Assembly (NCBI GenBank): GCA_943359525.1
Contig: CALRHV010000003.1
Location: 521 to 64,520, forward strand
DNA: 64,000 bases
Direction: 5' to 3'
DNA from: Candidatus Uhrbacteria bacterium
GTDB taxonomy: Bacteria > Patescibacteriota > Patescibacteriia > UBA9934
Below are positions 28,325 through 38,193 of this stretch, piece after piece. The notes under the pieces are model-generated. The model worked only from the letters and a program-made list of their open reading frames with translations, did no database searches and was not told the origin of the DNA. The position numbers and the translations under genes are program-made. Positions within the stretch are counted from its first letter, which is position 1; the number at the start of each line of letters is the position of its first letter.

Positions 28325-29461
28325 TTATTTCTTTACGGAGCTTTGAATATGTTCCACTACTGCGCGTTCTGCGGAAACGATATCGGTTTGAGTAAGTGAA
28401 AGATGTGCGGCTTCGCGAGTACCGGTGGCGCGGAATGGGGCGCCAAGGAGAAGGGCGTCAAATGGGCGTTGGGCAAAGAGTTGGCCGGCGATGCCGTCGG
28501 CATGGGTTTCAAAAAGGATGAGGGCGATTTTTGCGGAAGGAGACGTCATCAAGAGTTCATCGGCGATGTCGCGAAGGGCCTCCGCGTTGGCACCAGCGGT
28601 GACGAAGTCTTGTTTGGTGATGAGTGTCCACACAAGCCCAATTGCTTCGTCGGCCTTGAGTCGGGCAAGCGCACGGCCCCACAATCGGAGAGTTTCAACG
28701 GAGCGTGTGCGGTAAAGATGCTCGACGATCTTCTCGCGATCCGCTTTCTTCTCCATCAGTTTCTGCGCAATCTCGAGCGTTTTCGGTGAAACGTTCGGCG
28801 CGCGGAAGCTCTTCGTCTTGCTCATCATGCCAGTAAGAAGTGCAGTAGCGATGTCGGCGGTAACGATCGTGTTGTCGAGATGCATGAAGAGGTTGAAGCA
28901 GACCTCGGAGACGCTCGTCGCCGTAAGATCAACGATGTTGATAGTGCCGAAATGTTCGTTCTCCGGGCCGTGGTCAATAACGACGGTTGGGGTTTTCAAA
29001 AAGAAATCCGCGTAGGTTGAAAACAGCGCACCAAGGCTTGCACGATCTGGGGCGCCAAGAACGATAATGAGGTCGTGGCGATAATCGTTCGCAGTGATCT
29101 TCACGTCACTTGGCTGCCACGTGCCAGTCTTTGGCGTGATGGTGACGACGAGATCGTTGCCATCTACCGCGTACGTCAGTCCATCAACTTTCGCACGATT
29201 GAGATCGACACGAAGCGTGAGGGCGTTGATGTTGCCAAGGTCTCCGGCAACGTCTTGAAACACGGAAAGGAATTTGAGTGCGTCTGGCGCCCGTCCACCG
29301 CTTGTGACGATAGGGCACGGAATGCCGAGGGCTTTGCACAGCGCAACAATGCTGAACGCGGCCGAAAAATCATCGACAGTTGGAGAAGCCTGAAGCACAA
29401 CCACTGGCCGCTTTGCTCGTTTGAGCGCCTCATGAAATTGTTGAAATAGCGCCAACGACAT
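28325..29461 (-). CDS. nrnA: DHH/DHHA1 phosphoesterase (NrnA-like nanoRNase/pAp phosphatase)
   Basis: Start at internal 'MSLALFQQFHEALKRAKRPVVVLQ'; 'VVIDHGPENEHFG' (DHH motif region) and C-terminal DHHA1-like block; the upstream 160 codons of the track ORF are GC-rich read-through. Confidence 0.6.
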   Translation of the reverse strand: MSLALFQQFHEALKRAKRPVVVLQASPTVDDFSAAFSIVALCKALGIPCPIVTSGGRAPDALKFLSVFQDVAGDLGNINALTLRVDLNRAKVDGLTYAVDGNDLVVTITPKTGTWQPSDVKITANDYRHDLIIVLGAPDRASLGALFSTYADFFLKTPTVVIDHGPENEHFGTINIVDLTATSVSEVCFNLFMHLDNTIVTADIATALLTGMMSKTKSFRAPNVSPKTLEIAQKLMEKKADREKIVEHLYRTRSVETLRLWGRALARLKADEAIGLVWTLITKQDFVTAGANAEALRDIADELLMTSPSAKIALILFETHADGIAGQLFAQRPFDALLLGAPFRATGTREAAHLSLTQTDIVSAERAVVEHIQSSVKK

Positions 29462-29559
29462 GCAAGAGATGAAGGAAGTGTGAGGAACTAGCCTATCGGC
29501 TGTGGAGGTTATGGTCAAGGATTTTTGTGCATGACGTATGGGTATTCGCCCAACGTTGG

Positions 29560-29631
29560 CCAAAAACGATTCACGGCCCAGCTCCGAAGAGCCGAGCCGT
29601 GAGCGTGTAGCGCGTAGTGCGTGATGCCGAG
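29560..29631 (-). terminator. conserved 3' module 1 of 3: a 13-bp GC stem with UUCG tetraloop plus U-tract (CACGGCUCGGCUC-UUCG-GAGCUGGGCCGUG AAUCGUUUUU)
   Basis: Directly follows the paralog stop codon; about 85-90% identical to the modules at 30253-30321 and 30964-31032. Confidence 0.55.
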
Positions 29632-30192
29632 CTAGTCGCGAACGACGGTCCAGATGTTCGAGTTCGGATTGAGCGTGACGGTCATCGGCCTGTCGAGGAC
29701 GAAGGATTCGCCGTGGCCTTCCACGAGAATGTCGCCTTTTCGAACGAAGACCTTCCAGGCGCACCTGGCGTTGTTCAGTCGGTCGTCCGACAGGAGGATC
29801 TCTCGTCGCGCCGCCGGCGACACGTTGCCAGCGGGGAAGATGGTTCCGTTCCACGCAAGAGACGACGCGCGGTCGAACGCCTCGTGGATTTCCCTGATCC
29901 CATCGCTTCGATCGGGGTTGCCGAGCCGCCACTCCGCGAGCCACTGTAGCGCCTCGAACAGCGCGATGATCCCGTGGTCCGTGACGGTGTTCAGCTGAGC
30001 GAACGGGATGGTGTGGTAGGGAACAGCTTCGATGGTGCCGATACCGATGCTTCGGCGCAGAGCCTCGAGCTGTCCGAACGCGGCGACACGAAGTTCATGA
30101 TTCGGCCGATGGCTGTGTTCTCGGACGAACCGGCGCGTACGGTGGAAAGCCTCGTCGATGGATGTGAGAAGCGGGTCTCGCAAGCGGTTCAT
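29632..30192 (-). CDS. paralog 1 of a tandem 3-gene family of unknown function (about 187 aa, conserved 'GNVSPAA(R/Q)REI' and C-terminal 'NIW(T/D)VVRD')
   Basis: ORF track; aligns along its whole length with 30322-30885 and 31033-31596 at roughly 30% identity; GC-rich. Confidence 0.55.
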   Translation of the reverse strand: MNRLRDPLLTSIDEAFHRTRRFVREHSHRPNHELRVAAFGQLEALRRSIGIGTIEAVPYHTIPFAQLNTVTDHGIIALFEALQWLAEWRLGNPDRSDGIREIHEAFDRASSLAWNGTIFPAGNVSPAARREILLSDDRLNNARCAWKVFVRKGDILVEGHGESFVLDRPMTVTLNPNSNIWTVVRD

Positions 30193-30252
30193 GAGTGCCT
30201 CGGGGGAGTGTGTAGCGAAGAGATGATAGAAATTCCTTAATCAACCGTCAAT

Positions 30253-30321
30253 AAACGAATCACGGCCCAGCCCCAGAGGAGCCGAGCCGTGCGCGTGTGG
30301 CACGTAATGTGTAGTGCCGGG
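30253..30321 (-). terminator. conserved 3' module 2 of 3 (same stem-loop plus U-tract)
   Basis: See 29560-29631. Confidence 0.55.
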
Positions 30322-30885
30322 CTAGTCGCGAACGACGTCCCAGATCTGGTTCTCCTCATCGAACTGGACGTTCGGCGGGATGGGTGTGACTGCGACGTTG
30401 CCGTAGCCAGTCACCATGAATGTGGGGCTAATCGGGTCGTTGTCGAATCCTTCCGCGATCCACTTACCGCGACCTTCCGGGTTCCGGAAGATCGGCAACT
30501 TGTGAATCTCCCGTTGTGCAGCAGGAGAGGCGGTCCCGTCCGGGAAGATCAGGCTGTCGCCAAAGCCTTCGTCGCCGATCTCATTGAATGCGATCACCAC
30601 GCTGCGGTGTGTCACGAGGGTATTCTCCGCAAACCGCCACTCGGCGAGGAGCTGCGCGGCGTGGAAAAGCCGGTGTACTTCACGACCTGCCTCGAAGGCG
30701 TACATCCGCGATTTCACGACACGGTACGGAATCTCCGCCATGCCGTCCCATGTCATGTTGATGTTGAACAGGGCCTGAACCCAGTCGTCGATGTGATCGC
30801 CGGGGCCTGAACGATCGATCATCCGATGGATACGTTGGACGGCGTCGAGGTATGCCTTGCACATCGCGCGCGTTGGTAGTTTCAC
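30322..30885 (-). CDS. paralog 2 of the tandem family
   Basis: See 29632-30192. Confidence 0.55.
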   Translation of the reverse strand: MKLPTRAMCKAYLDAVQRIHRMIDRSGPGDHIDDWVQALFNINMTWDGMAEIPYRVVKSRMYAFEAGREVHRLFHAAQLLAEWRFAENTLVTHRSVVIAFNEIGDEGFGDSLIFPDGTASPAAQREIHKLPIFRNPEGRGKWIAEGFDNDPISPTFMVTGYGNVAVTPIPPNVQFDEENQIWDVVRD

Positions 30886-30963
30886 GATGGAAATCTCCGG
30901 GTTGAATGAGTGGATCCCGCAAAATACTAGCAGAATTCGCTATTTCTTTCAATACTTTTCCAA

Positions 30964-31032
30964 AAACGAATCACGGCCCAGCCCCAGAGGAGCCGAGCCG
31001 TGAGCGTACTGCACGTGGTGTGTGACACCGAA
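30964..31032 (-). terminator. conserved 3' module 3 of 3
   Basis: See 29560-29631. Confidence 0.55.
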
Positions 31033-31596
31033 CTAGTCGCGAACGATGTCCCAGACGTTCGTCTTCCGGTCGCAGCGGAAGACCGCCGGATCCAGTTCGA
31101 TGATTGCCGAGTTGCCTTCTCCGGTCACGTGGGCGGTGTAGCTCGTCGGATCCATGCCCTCCACGATCCAGTGCGCCGGGCTCCGAACACTGCCGAAGAT
31201 CGGCATCTTGCGGATTTCCCGCTGTGCCGCCGGGGAGACGTTGCCGTCCAGGAAGACCACGCTGTCCGCTGGGTCTTCATCGCCGACGTCATTGTATGCT
31301 GCGATCACATCGTGTTCCGTCACATCGGTTCCGGGCTGGCGCATGTACTCCGCCTGGAGTTGTGTTGCTTGGAAGAGACGCCAGATTTCGCGGCCAATGC
31401 CGAAGGGGAGCACTCGAGAATCCACGAGTCGGTATGGTATGACTGCCGGATTCTCGTACGCGAGGACAATCGTGCTCATCGCCGCGAGCGAGAACGAGGC
31501 ATTCTCGCTGCGATCTCCGTCGGGGAACTTCCGCTGAAGGCGTTCTACGGCATTCAAGAAGGAGAGGAGGATCGTGGGTGTCAGCATGCGTGCCAT
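31033..31596 (-). CDS. paralog 3 of the tandem family
   Basis: See 29632-30192. Confidence 0.55.
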   Translation of the reverse strand: MARMLTPTILLSFLNAVERLQRKFPDGDRSENASFSLAAMSTIVLAYENPAVIPYRLVDSRVLPFGIGREIWRLFQATQLQAEYMRQPGTDVTEHDVIAAYNDVGDEDPADSVVFLDGNVSPAAQREIRKMPIFGSVRSPAHWIVEGMDPTSYTAHVTGEGNSAIIELDPAVFRCDRKTNVWDIVRD

Positions 31597-31711
31597 TGAA
31601 AGGTTCTGGAGAACGACGACTGTCCGGCCGTCTGCGGTGCGTTGGGGAAGATCCCCGCGGACGGAGCAATCTACCCCAAAACCTGCTTTTCGTCTACACT
31701 TCGTCCTATCT

Positions 31712-34333
31712 ATGGCGAACGAAATGGCAAAAGCGTATGAGGCGAGGCTCGTGGAGGACGGAATTTACAATTCTTGGCTAACATCAGGTTATTTCACGCC
31801 GGAGAATCTGCCGAATGTTACGGATTCTACCGAGGCTTTTACCGTCGTCATGCCACCGCCAAACGTGACGGGGGTGTTGCACCTTGGCCATGCGCTCGAG
31901 AATTCCCTCATGGATGCGATGGCCCGGTATCAGCGTTTGCTGGGAAAGAAGGTGTTGCTGATTCCGGGAACTGATCATGCGGCGATCGCCACGCAAGCAA
32001 AAGTGGAGAAGAAGTTGATGAGCGAAGGCGTGAAAAATCCTCGTCAGGAACTTGGGCGCGATGCACTCGTGGAAAAGATTCGTGAATTTGCTGAAGGTTC
32101 AAAGGCGACGATTTTGAAGCAGGTGAAAAAATTAGGAACCAGCGCCGACTGGAGTCGTTTGGCATACACGTTCGATGACAAACGCAACGTAGCGGTGAAT
32201 GAGCTCTTTACTCGCATGTACAGCGACGGCCTTATTTACCGTGGTTATCGCGTGGTGAACTGGTCGGTGAAGGGTCAGTCTACGTGTTCCGACGACGAGA
32301 TCGAAACGATCGAGCGCGAATCCGTGCTCTACACATTCAAATACGGAAAAGATTTTCCGATTGCCATCTCAACAACACGTCCAGAAACGAAAGTCGGCGA
32401 TACGGCTGTTGCAGTGCATCCAACAGATGATCGATACAAGGCGTTTATCGGAAAAACCTTTGATGTTGAATTTGCGGGAGCGAAGCTTTCGATCAAGATC
32501 ATCGCGAGCGAAGACGTTGATCCATCATTCGGAACCGGAGCACTCGGCGTTACTCCAGCACATAGCGCGATCGACTTTGGCATGTACGAAGTGCAGAAGG
32601 CAAAGCAGGATCCTATTGAAATTACGCAAGTCATCGGTGCGGACGGAAAGATGACCGCAGATGCAGGGTCGGTTGCGGGAATCGGTTTCGAAGCTGCACG
32701 AGAATCGATCGTTGCGTGGTTGAAGGAACAGAGCCTTCTCGAAAAAGAGGAAAAGGTTGTGCAGAACGTCGGCACGTCTGATCGGTACGGCGACGTCATT
32801 GAGGCAATTCCAATGACGCAGTGGTGGTTGAACGTGAATAAGATGATTCCGAATCGCGGCAAGACGCTGCGCGATTTGATGCGTGAAGCGGTAACGACCG
32901 GACTCGATGGCAAATCGGATCAGAAAGTGTCGATTACGCCAGATCGGTTTACAAAACTCTACCTGGATCGTGTTGAGAATCTCCGCGATTGGTGTCTTTC
33001 TCGTCAGCTGTGGTGGGGCCACAGAATTCCTGCGTGGTATCGCGGAGAAGAGATTGTTGTTGGGCCAAAACCAGAAGGCGATGGTTGGATTCAAGACGAG
33101 GACACGCTCGACACTTGGTTCAGTTCCGGCTCGTGGACGTTCTCGACGCTCGGTTGGCCTGAACAAACAACCGATCTCAAAAACTATCATCCAACACACT
33201 GGATTCAGATGGGATATGAAATTTTGTATCTCTGGTTGATGCGCATGATTTTGATGAGCACATACGCGTTGAATCAGATTCCGTTCAAGGACGCCTATAT
33301 TCACGGCATCTTACGAGATAAGGACGGAAAGAAGTTTTCGAAATCATCGGGAAACGGAATCGATCCGATTGAGGTGATCGAGGAGTACGGTTGCGATGCG
33401 CTTCGCATCTCGGTGCTTTCCGGCAACACGCCGGGAAATGATTCGCGGTATTACACAGAAAAAGTGGAAGCTGCGCGCAACCTTGTGAACAAGCTGTGGA
33501 ACATTTCGCGATTCATCTTTACGAATGCTGACGGTGCGCGTCACATCGAATCCGTAACTCCAAAAACGCTTGCCGACAAATGGATTCTTGCGCGCTTCAG
33601 CGAGACGACGAAGAAGGTAAGTTCACTCATCGATCGTTACGATTTCTCCCTTGCGATCGAAGTATTGCGCGACTTTACATGGAATGATTTTGCTGACTGG
33701 TACCTCGAGATTGCGAAGATTGAAAAAGAAAAAGACGACGTTCTTCTCTACATTCTCGAGCGTTTGCTCATCCTTTGGCATCCATTCGCGCCATTCGTTA
33801 CGGAGGAAATCTACAAGAATTTCGACTCTGGAATGATCATCGTCGCCAAGTGGCCAGCCGTCGAGTATGAATTGTCGTCAGAGGATCAATCGGCCTTTGA
33901 GCAGGTGTGTTCGACGGTGATCGCCGTTCGAAACTATCTGTCCGAGCACAAAACATTACCGAAGGACGTTGAATCGATTACGATGGTGAATGCTGGTGCT
34001 TTGGCTGAAATGGAATCGATTATTGGTGGATTGACTAAGGTGAGGTCGATCCGTTCGAGTAACGAGCGCCCAGAATCGATCACGCCGATCGTGGTCGGTG
34101 CCGCGCAAATCTTTGTGCAATTGCCGTCTGTTGATGCTGCATCGGAAAAAGTGCGCATTGAATCGGGAATCGCCGAAGCAACGAAGTTCATCGCAGCCCA
34201 AGAATCAAAGCTCGCGAATGCGGATTTTGTGGCTCGTGCGCCAGAAAAGGTGATTGCGGGGGAGCGGCAGAAGTTAGCAGATTTGCAAGAGAAACTTGCT
34301 GCGTTGCAAAAGGAGCACGCAGCGCTTCTGTAA
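31712..34333 (+). CDS. valS: valine--tRNA ligase
   Basis: 'PPPNVTGVLHLGHA' (HIGH), 'KMSKS'-region 'KFSKSSGNGIDP', anticodon-binding and C-terminal coiled-coil; start at MANEMAKAYEARL (track ORF starts further 5' in GC-rich sequence). Confidence 0.9.
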   Translation: MANEMAKAYEARLVEDGIYNSWLTSGYFTPENLPNVTDSTEAFTVVMPPPNVTGVLHLGHALENSLMDAMARYQRLLGKKVLLIPGTDHAAIATQAKVEKKLMSEGVKNPRQELGRDALVEKIREFAEGSKATILKQVKKLGTSADWSRLAYTFDDKRNVAVNELFTRMYSDGLIYRGYRVVNWSVKGQSTCSDDEIETIERESVLYTFKYGKDFPIAISTTRPETKVGDTAVAVHPTDDRYKAFIGKTFDVEFAGAKLSIKIIASEDVDPSFGTGALGVTPAHSAIDFGMYEVQKAKQDPIEITQVIGADGKMTADAGSVAGIGFEAARESIVAWLKEQSLLEKEEKVVQNVGTSDRYGDVIEAIPMTQWWLNVNKMIPNRGKTLRDLMREAVTTGLDGKSDQKVSITPDRFTKLYLDRVENLRDWCLSRQLWWGHRIPAWYRGEEIVVGPKPEGDGWIQDEDTLDTWFSSGSWTFSTLGWPEQTTDLKNYHPTHWIQMGYEILYLWLMRMILMSTYALNQIPFKDAYIHGILRDKDGKKFSKSSGNGIDPIEVIEEYGCDALRISVLSGNTPGNDSRYYTEKVEAARNLVNKLWNISRFIFTNADGARHIESVTPKTLADKWILARFSETTKKVSSLIDRYDFSLAIEVLRDFTWNDFADWYLEIAKIEKEKDDVLLYILERLLILWHPFAPFVTEEIYKNFDSGMIIVAKWPAVEYELSSEDQSAFEQVCSTVIAVRNYLSEHKTLPKDVESITMVNAGALAEMESIIGGLTKVRSIRSSNERPESITPIVVGAAQIFVQLPSVDAASEKVRIESGIAEATKFIAAQESKLANADFVARAPEKVIAGERQKLADLQEKLAALQKEHAALL

Positions 34334-34380
34334 TGCTGTTGTTTCTGATAGAATTCTAATAATAGTCACTAAAGATTCAT

Positions 34381-34584
34381 ATGGCTTCTCTCTTGGCAAA
34401 GGTTCGAAAAGGGTCAGCAGCGTCGCAAACAATCTCGCTTGAGATGAATGCTCGATCGTTCGAGCGTCTTGCGGCGAGCTTTGGTTTTTTTAGTGATTCG
34501 TTTTTAAAAAGCATTCAACGGGCAGAGCGCGATATCAAGGCCGGACGAGTCCGTACGATTACTTCGCTTGCCGACCTAGAATAG
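34381..34584 (+). CDS. type II antitoxin (ParD/addiction-module-antidote-like)
   Basis: 67 aa, 4-nt gap to the toxin; C-terminal 'AERDIKAGRVRTITSLADL' typical of this antitoxin class. Confidence 0.5.
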   Translation: MASLLAKVRKGSAASQTISLEMNARSFERLAASFGFFSDSFLKSIQRAERDIKAGRVRTITSLADLE

Positions 34585-34587
34585 CGT

Positions 34588-34860
34588 ATGCTGACCGTCC
34601 AAGTTGCGGACGAATTTACTGAGCGTTACCTTGCCCTTCCTCTATCTCTTCGAAAGAAAGTGCGGAAGCAAGAAATTCTCTTCCGAGAAAATCCATTTCA
34701 TCCTTCATTGAATACTGAAAAGCTTGAACCGAAAGGAAAACAGATGTGGAGTTTTCGGGTGGACCATCGGTATCGTGTCTTGTTCCGCTTTGAAGATCGA
34801 AATCTTGTTACGCTACTAACGGTCGGACCACATGATTGGATCTATAAGATTGCACTGTAG
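34588..34860 (+). CDS. type II toxin, RelE/ParE family
   Basis: 90 aa; 'FRVDHRYRVLFRFEDRNLVTLLTVGPHD' matches the RelE/ParE core. Confidence 0.7.
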   Translation: MLTVQVADEFTERYLALPLSLRKKVRKQEILFRENPFHPSLNTEKLEPKGKQMWSFRVDHRYRVLFRFEDRNLVTLLTVGPHDWIYKIAL

Positions 34861-34862
34861 AT

Positions 34863-35234
34863 ATGAAATTTTCTCTCGGCGCGCATCTCATCTTTGTCTC
34901 AAGCGTAGAAGCATCGAAAGCTTTCTATCGTGACATTCTTGGATTTGAGCTCGTCGAGGAGAATCCGCACTTCACTGAATATACATTGCCCGGCGGGCGG
35001 TTGTACGTTGAGGAAAAGAATCCCAGCCGGGCAAAGGGTTTTGACAGCGTTCATATTGGTGGGCCAACAGGAGTCGTTTTGGCGGTTGAAAATATTCGTG
35101 CAATAGTTGAAGAATTGCGATCGAAGGGTGTACAGGTGATCATTGAGCCGGTCGAGCAGGTCTGGGGTGGTTGGAATGCGGTCATCGCAGATTCTGACGG
35201 GAACGAATTTATTCTGGATGAAGATCACGCGTAA
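34863..35234 (+). CDS. VOC/glyoxalase-bleomycin-resistance family protein
   Basis: 'FYRDILGFELVEE' N-terminal VOC motif; 123 aa. Confidence 0.65.
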   Translation: MKFSLGAHLIFVSSVEASKAFYRDILGFELVEENPHFTEYTLPGGRLYVEEKNPSRAKGFDSVHIGGPTGVVLAVENIRAIVEELRSKGVQVIIEPVEQVWGGWNAVIADSDGNEFILDEDHA

Positions 35235-35238
35235 CTCT

Positions 35239-36450
35239 ATGAATGTTATTACCGATGAACAAAAGATTGATCGCCTTCTTACCCGTGGTGTTGCCGCCGT
35301 GTATCCAACTGCAGAAAAACTGCGAGAGCTGTTGATGAGTGGGAAGCGATTGCGGTTGTACAACGGCATTGATCCAACGGCGCCGTTCATGCATATCGGC
35401 CACGCGATGCAGCTTCGAAAACTTCGTGAGTTCCAAGATCTTGGTCACGAAGTAATCATGCTTATCGGCTCGTTTACCGCGATGATCGGGGATCCTACCG
35501 ATAAACTCGCAACACGAAAGCAACTCACAAAAGCTGAGGTGCTCGCGAATGCTGCAACGTATAAAAAACAAGCGTCGAAGATTTTGAAGTTCTCTGGATC
35601 GAATTCGGCAAAACTAATGTTCAACGACAAGTGGTTGGCAAAGATGAGCTTTGCCGACGTCGTCGATCTCTCGAGTCACTTTACCGTTCAGCAGATGATG
35701 GAGCGCGATATGTTTCAGAAGCGATCGGCGGAACAGAAGCCGATTTACCTTCACGAATTCTTTTATCCATTGATGCAGGGTTACGATTCGGTAGCGATGG
35801 ATGTGGATCTTGAGGTCGGAGGAAATGACCAGACGTTCAACATGCTTGCTGGTCGAACGCTCATGCGGGAGATGAAGCAGAAAGAAAAGTATGTGCTTAC
35901 AATCTCGTTGCTCACGAACAGCGACGGAAAGAAGATGAGCAAGAGCGAAGGCGGAATCATTGCGCTGAACGATGCGCCGGAGGATATGTTCGGAAAGATT
36001 ATGGCGATGGACGACAGCATGATCGTTCCATACTTCGAGCTCACAACTGATCTTGAAGACGATGAAATCACCGCGGTCGAATCCGCGATTGCAGGTGGTA
36101 TGAATCCACGCGATGCAAAGATGCGCTTAGCCGAGACTGTTGTAGCGATGTATCACAGCGCCAAAGCGGCCAAAGAGGCAAAGAAGCACTTTACACAAGT
36201 GTTTAGCAACAAAGAAATGCCGGATGTCATTCCAGAACTTTCAATGGGCGGTCGGAACATGACGATCGTTGATGCGCTGGTTGAAGCTGGATTCGCGTCG
36301 TCGAATGGTGATGCAAAACGATTGATTCAAGAGGGTGCGGTAAAGATTGATGCTACAGTTATTTCCGATCCGATGACGCAAGTTGCGCCGCAGGTCGGCG
36401 GATCAATTCTGCAAAAAGGCAAACGATTCTTCGTGAAACTTCTTCCATAA
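35239..36450 (+). CDS. tyrS: tyrosine--tRNA ligase
   Basis: 'PFMHIGHAMQL' HIGH motif, 'KMSKSEGG' KMSKS motif, C-terminal S4 domain; start at MNVITDEQ. Confidence 0.9.
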   Translation: MNVITDEQKIDRLLTRGVAAVYPTAEKLRELLMSGKRLRLYNGIDPTAPFMHIGHAMQLRKLREFQDLGHEVIMLIGSFTAMIGDPTDKLATRKQLTKAEVLANAATYKKQASKILKFSGSNSAKLMFNDKWLAKMSFADVVDLSSHFTVQQMMERDMFQKRSAEQKPIYLHEFFYPLMQGYDSVAMDVDLEVGGNDQTFNMLAGRTLMREMKQKEKYVLTISLLTNSDGKKMSKSEGGIIALNDAPEDMFGKIMAMDDSMIVPYFELTTDLEDDEITAVESAIAGGMNPRDAKMRLAETVVAMYHSAKAAKEAKKHFTQVFSNKEMPDVIPELSMGGRNMTIVDALVEAGFASSNGDAKRLIQEGAVKIDATVISDPMTQVAPQVGGSILQKGKRFFVKLLP

Positions 36451-36451
36451 T

Positions 36452-38158
36452 ATGACCGCACGAAGCGTTGCAAGAAAAGAGGTGTATACCGCGCTCAAAA
36501 AGGCGTTAGGGAAAACGTACACGCTTACGGCCGACATGATTGCGTCGCCGCCAAAGCCGGGGTTTGGCGATTTAAGTTTCCCGTGCTTTACGTTGGCGAA
36601 GGGTATGGGTCGGAATCCGACAGAGATTGCTACCGAGCTTGCAGCAAAGATTGGCCCGTCGAAGATGATCAAAAAAATCACATCGGCCGGACCATACGTA
36701 AACTTCACGTTTGACGATGAAGCGTTCGGTGCCCATGTTCTTGATGATGTTTTGAAATTGAAGAAGCGTTACGGACGAAGCACAACAGGGAAAGGAAAGC
36801 GTGTTCTTGTGGAATACGCACAGCCTAACACGCATAAAGAATTTCACGTCGGCCATCTTCGGAATGCTATTTACGGTCAGTCAATTGTGAATCTTGTGAC
36901 TGCGAACGGGTACGACACGATTGCCGCGGCATATATCGGCGACATTGGCGCTCACGTTGCGAAGGCCATTTGGGGATTTAAAAAGTTCTACGGTGATGAA
37001 ACGATCGCGAAGGAAGATCGCGCTAAAGTACTTGGCGATGCATACACGAGGGCTACGCAATCTGCCGACGAACATCCTGAGGCGAAGGAGGAAATTTCCG
37101 ATATTCAACGAAAGCTCGAAGCTGAGGAGCAGCCGTGGCTTGGGCTGTGGAAAGAGACACGCGAATGGAGCCTCGATGAATTCCGAAAAGTTTTTGCTGA
37201 GCTCGGTGTGAAGCCTGGCGTGTGGTATTACGAAAGCGAGGTAGAGAAGCCGGGGAAGGAGCTTGTGCGAAAGATGCTCACCGATGGAATAGCGAAGAAA
37301 AGTGAGGGCGCAACGATTGTTGATCTTGCCGATGAAAATCTTGGTGCGTTCCTTGTTCTGAAAACGGATGGATCATCGCTATACGCCACGAAAGACCTTG
37401 CGCTTGCACTGCAGAAAGATCGCGACTACGCGCCGGACCGTCAGATTTTCGTTATCGACGTTCGCCAGTCGCTCTACATGAAACAGCTGTTCGCTACATT
37501 GAAGCGCCTCGATTTTCATAAGGAGCTCGTGCATGTTGGATATGAGATGGTCACGCTTCCAGACGGTGCGATGTCGTCGCGTAAGGGAAATATTGTCCGT
37601 TATGACGAACTTCGCGATGCGATGTTCCAAGCGTTGGTCGATTCAACAAAACTTCGTCATCCAGAATGGAAGGAGAAGGTGGTGAATGCGAACGCGCTCA
37701 TCATCGCGCTCGCAGCAATGAAGTTCATGATGTTGCGCCAGGATCCGGGAAAGATTCTGGTGTTCGATATGGAAGAGGCAATGGCGACGGACGGGTTTAC
37801 TGGCCCGTATATTTTGTACACGATTGCTCGCATCAACAGCTTGCACGCAAAGACGAAAGTGTCGGCGTTCCCGTTGGCGTCGGCGCTCGTCGATCCTCAA
37901 GAAGTTCAGTTGTTACGTAAAGTGTCGGAGTATCCCGATGTTGTTGCGCAGGCTGGAACAGAAATGCGGCCGTCGTTGGTGTGTTTGTTCGCATTTGAGC
38001 TTGCGCAGATGTTTTCTCGGTACTATGCCGAGGTACATATGATCGACGAAGAACAGCCGTCGCTTACCGCGGCAAGACTTGGACTCGCCGATGTGGTGAG
38101 TTCGACACTCACGAACGCTATGGAGATTCTTGGAATTCCAGTTGTGAAAGCAATGTAA
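36452..38158 (+). CDS. argS: arginine--tRNA ligase
   Basis: 'EYAQPNTHKEFHVGHLRNAIYG' class I signature, DALR anticodon-binding C-terminus; 568 aa. Confidence 0.9.
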   Translation: MTARSVARKEVYTALKKALGKTYTLTADMIASPPKPGFGDLSFPCFTLAKGMGRNPTEIATELAAKIGPSKMIKKITSAGPYVNFTFDDEAFGAHVLDDVLKLKKRYGRSTTGKGKRVLVEYAQPNTHKEFHVGHLRNAIYGQSIVNLVTANGYDTIAAAYIGDIGAHVAKAIWGFKKFYGDETIAKEDRAKVLGDAYTRATQSADEHPEAKEEISDIQRKLEAEEQPWLGLWKETREWSLDEFRKVFAELGVKPGVWYYESEVEKPGKELVRKMLTDGIAKKSEGATIVDLADENLGAFLVLKTDGSSLYATKDLALALQKDRDYAPDRQIFVIDVRQSLYMKQLFATLKRLDFHKELVHVGYEMVTLPDGAMSSRKGNIVRYDELRDAMFQALVDSTKLRHPEWKEKVVNANALIIALAAMKFMMLRQDPGKILVFDMEEAMATDGFTGPYILYTIARINSLHAKTKVSAFPLASALVDPQEVQLLRKVSEYPDVVAQAGTEMRPSLVCLFAFELAQMFSRYYAEVHMIDEEQPSLTAARLGLADVVSSTLTNAMEILGIPVVKAM

Positions 38159-38193
38159 TTGTGATACTGAAGAACTAAATAATTTCTATCTTT

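Noticed and set aside
28325-29944. Full 539-aa track ORF for the DHH protein
   Set aside because: The N-terminal 160 codons are Arg-rich read-through of GC-rich sequence containing the paralog-1 terminator module. The conserved protein starts at the internal Met (MSLALFQQ...).
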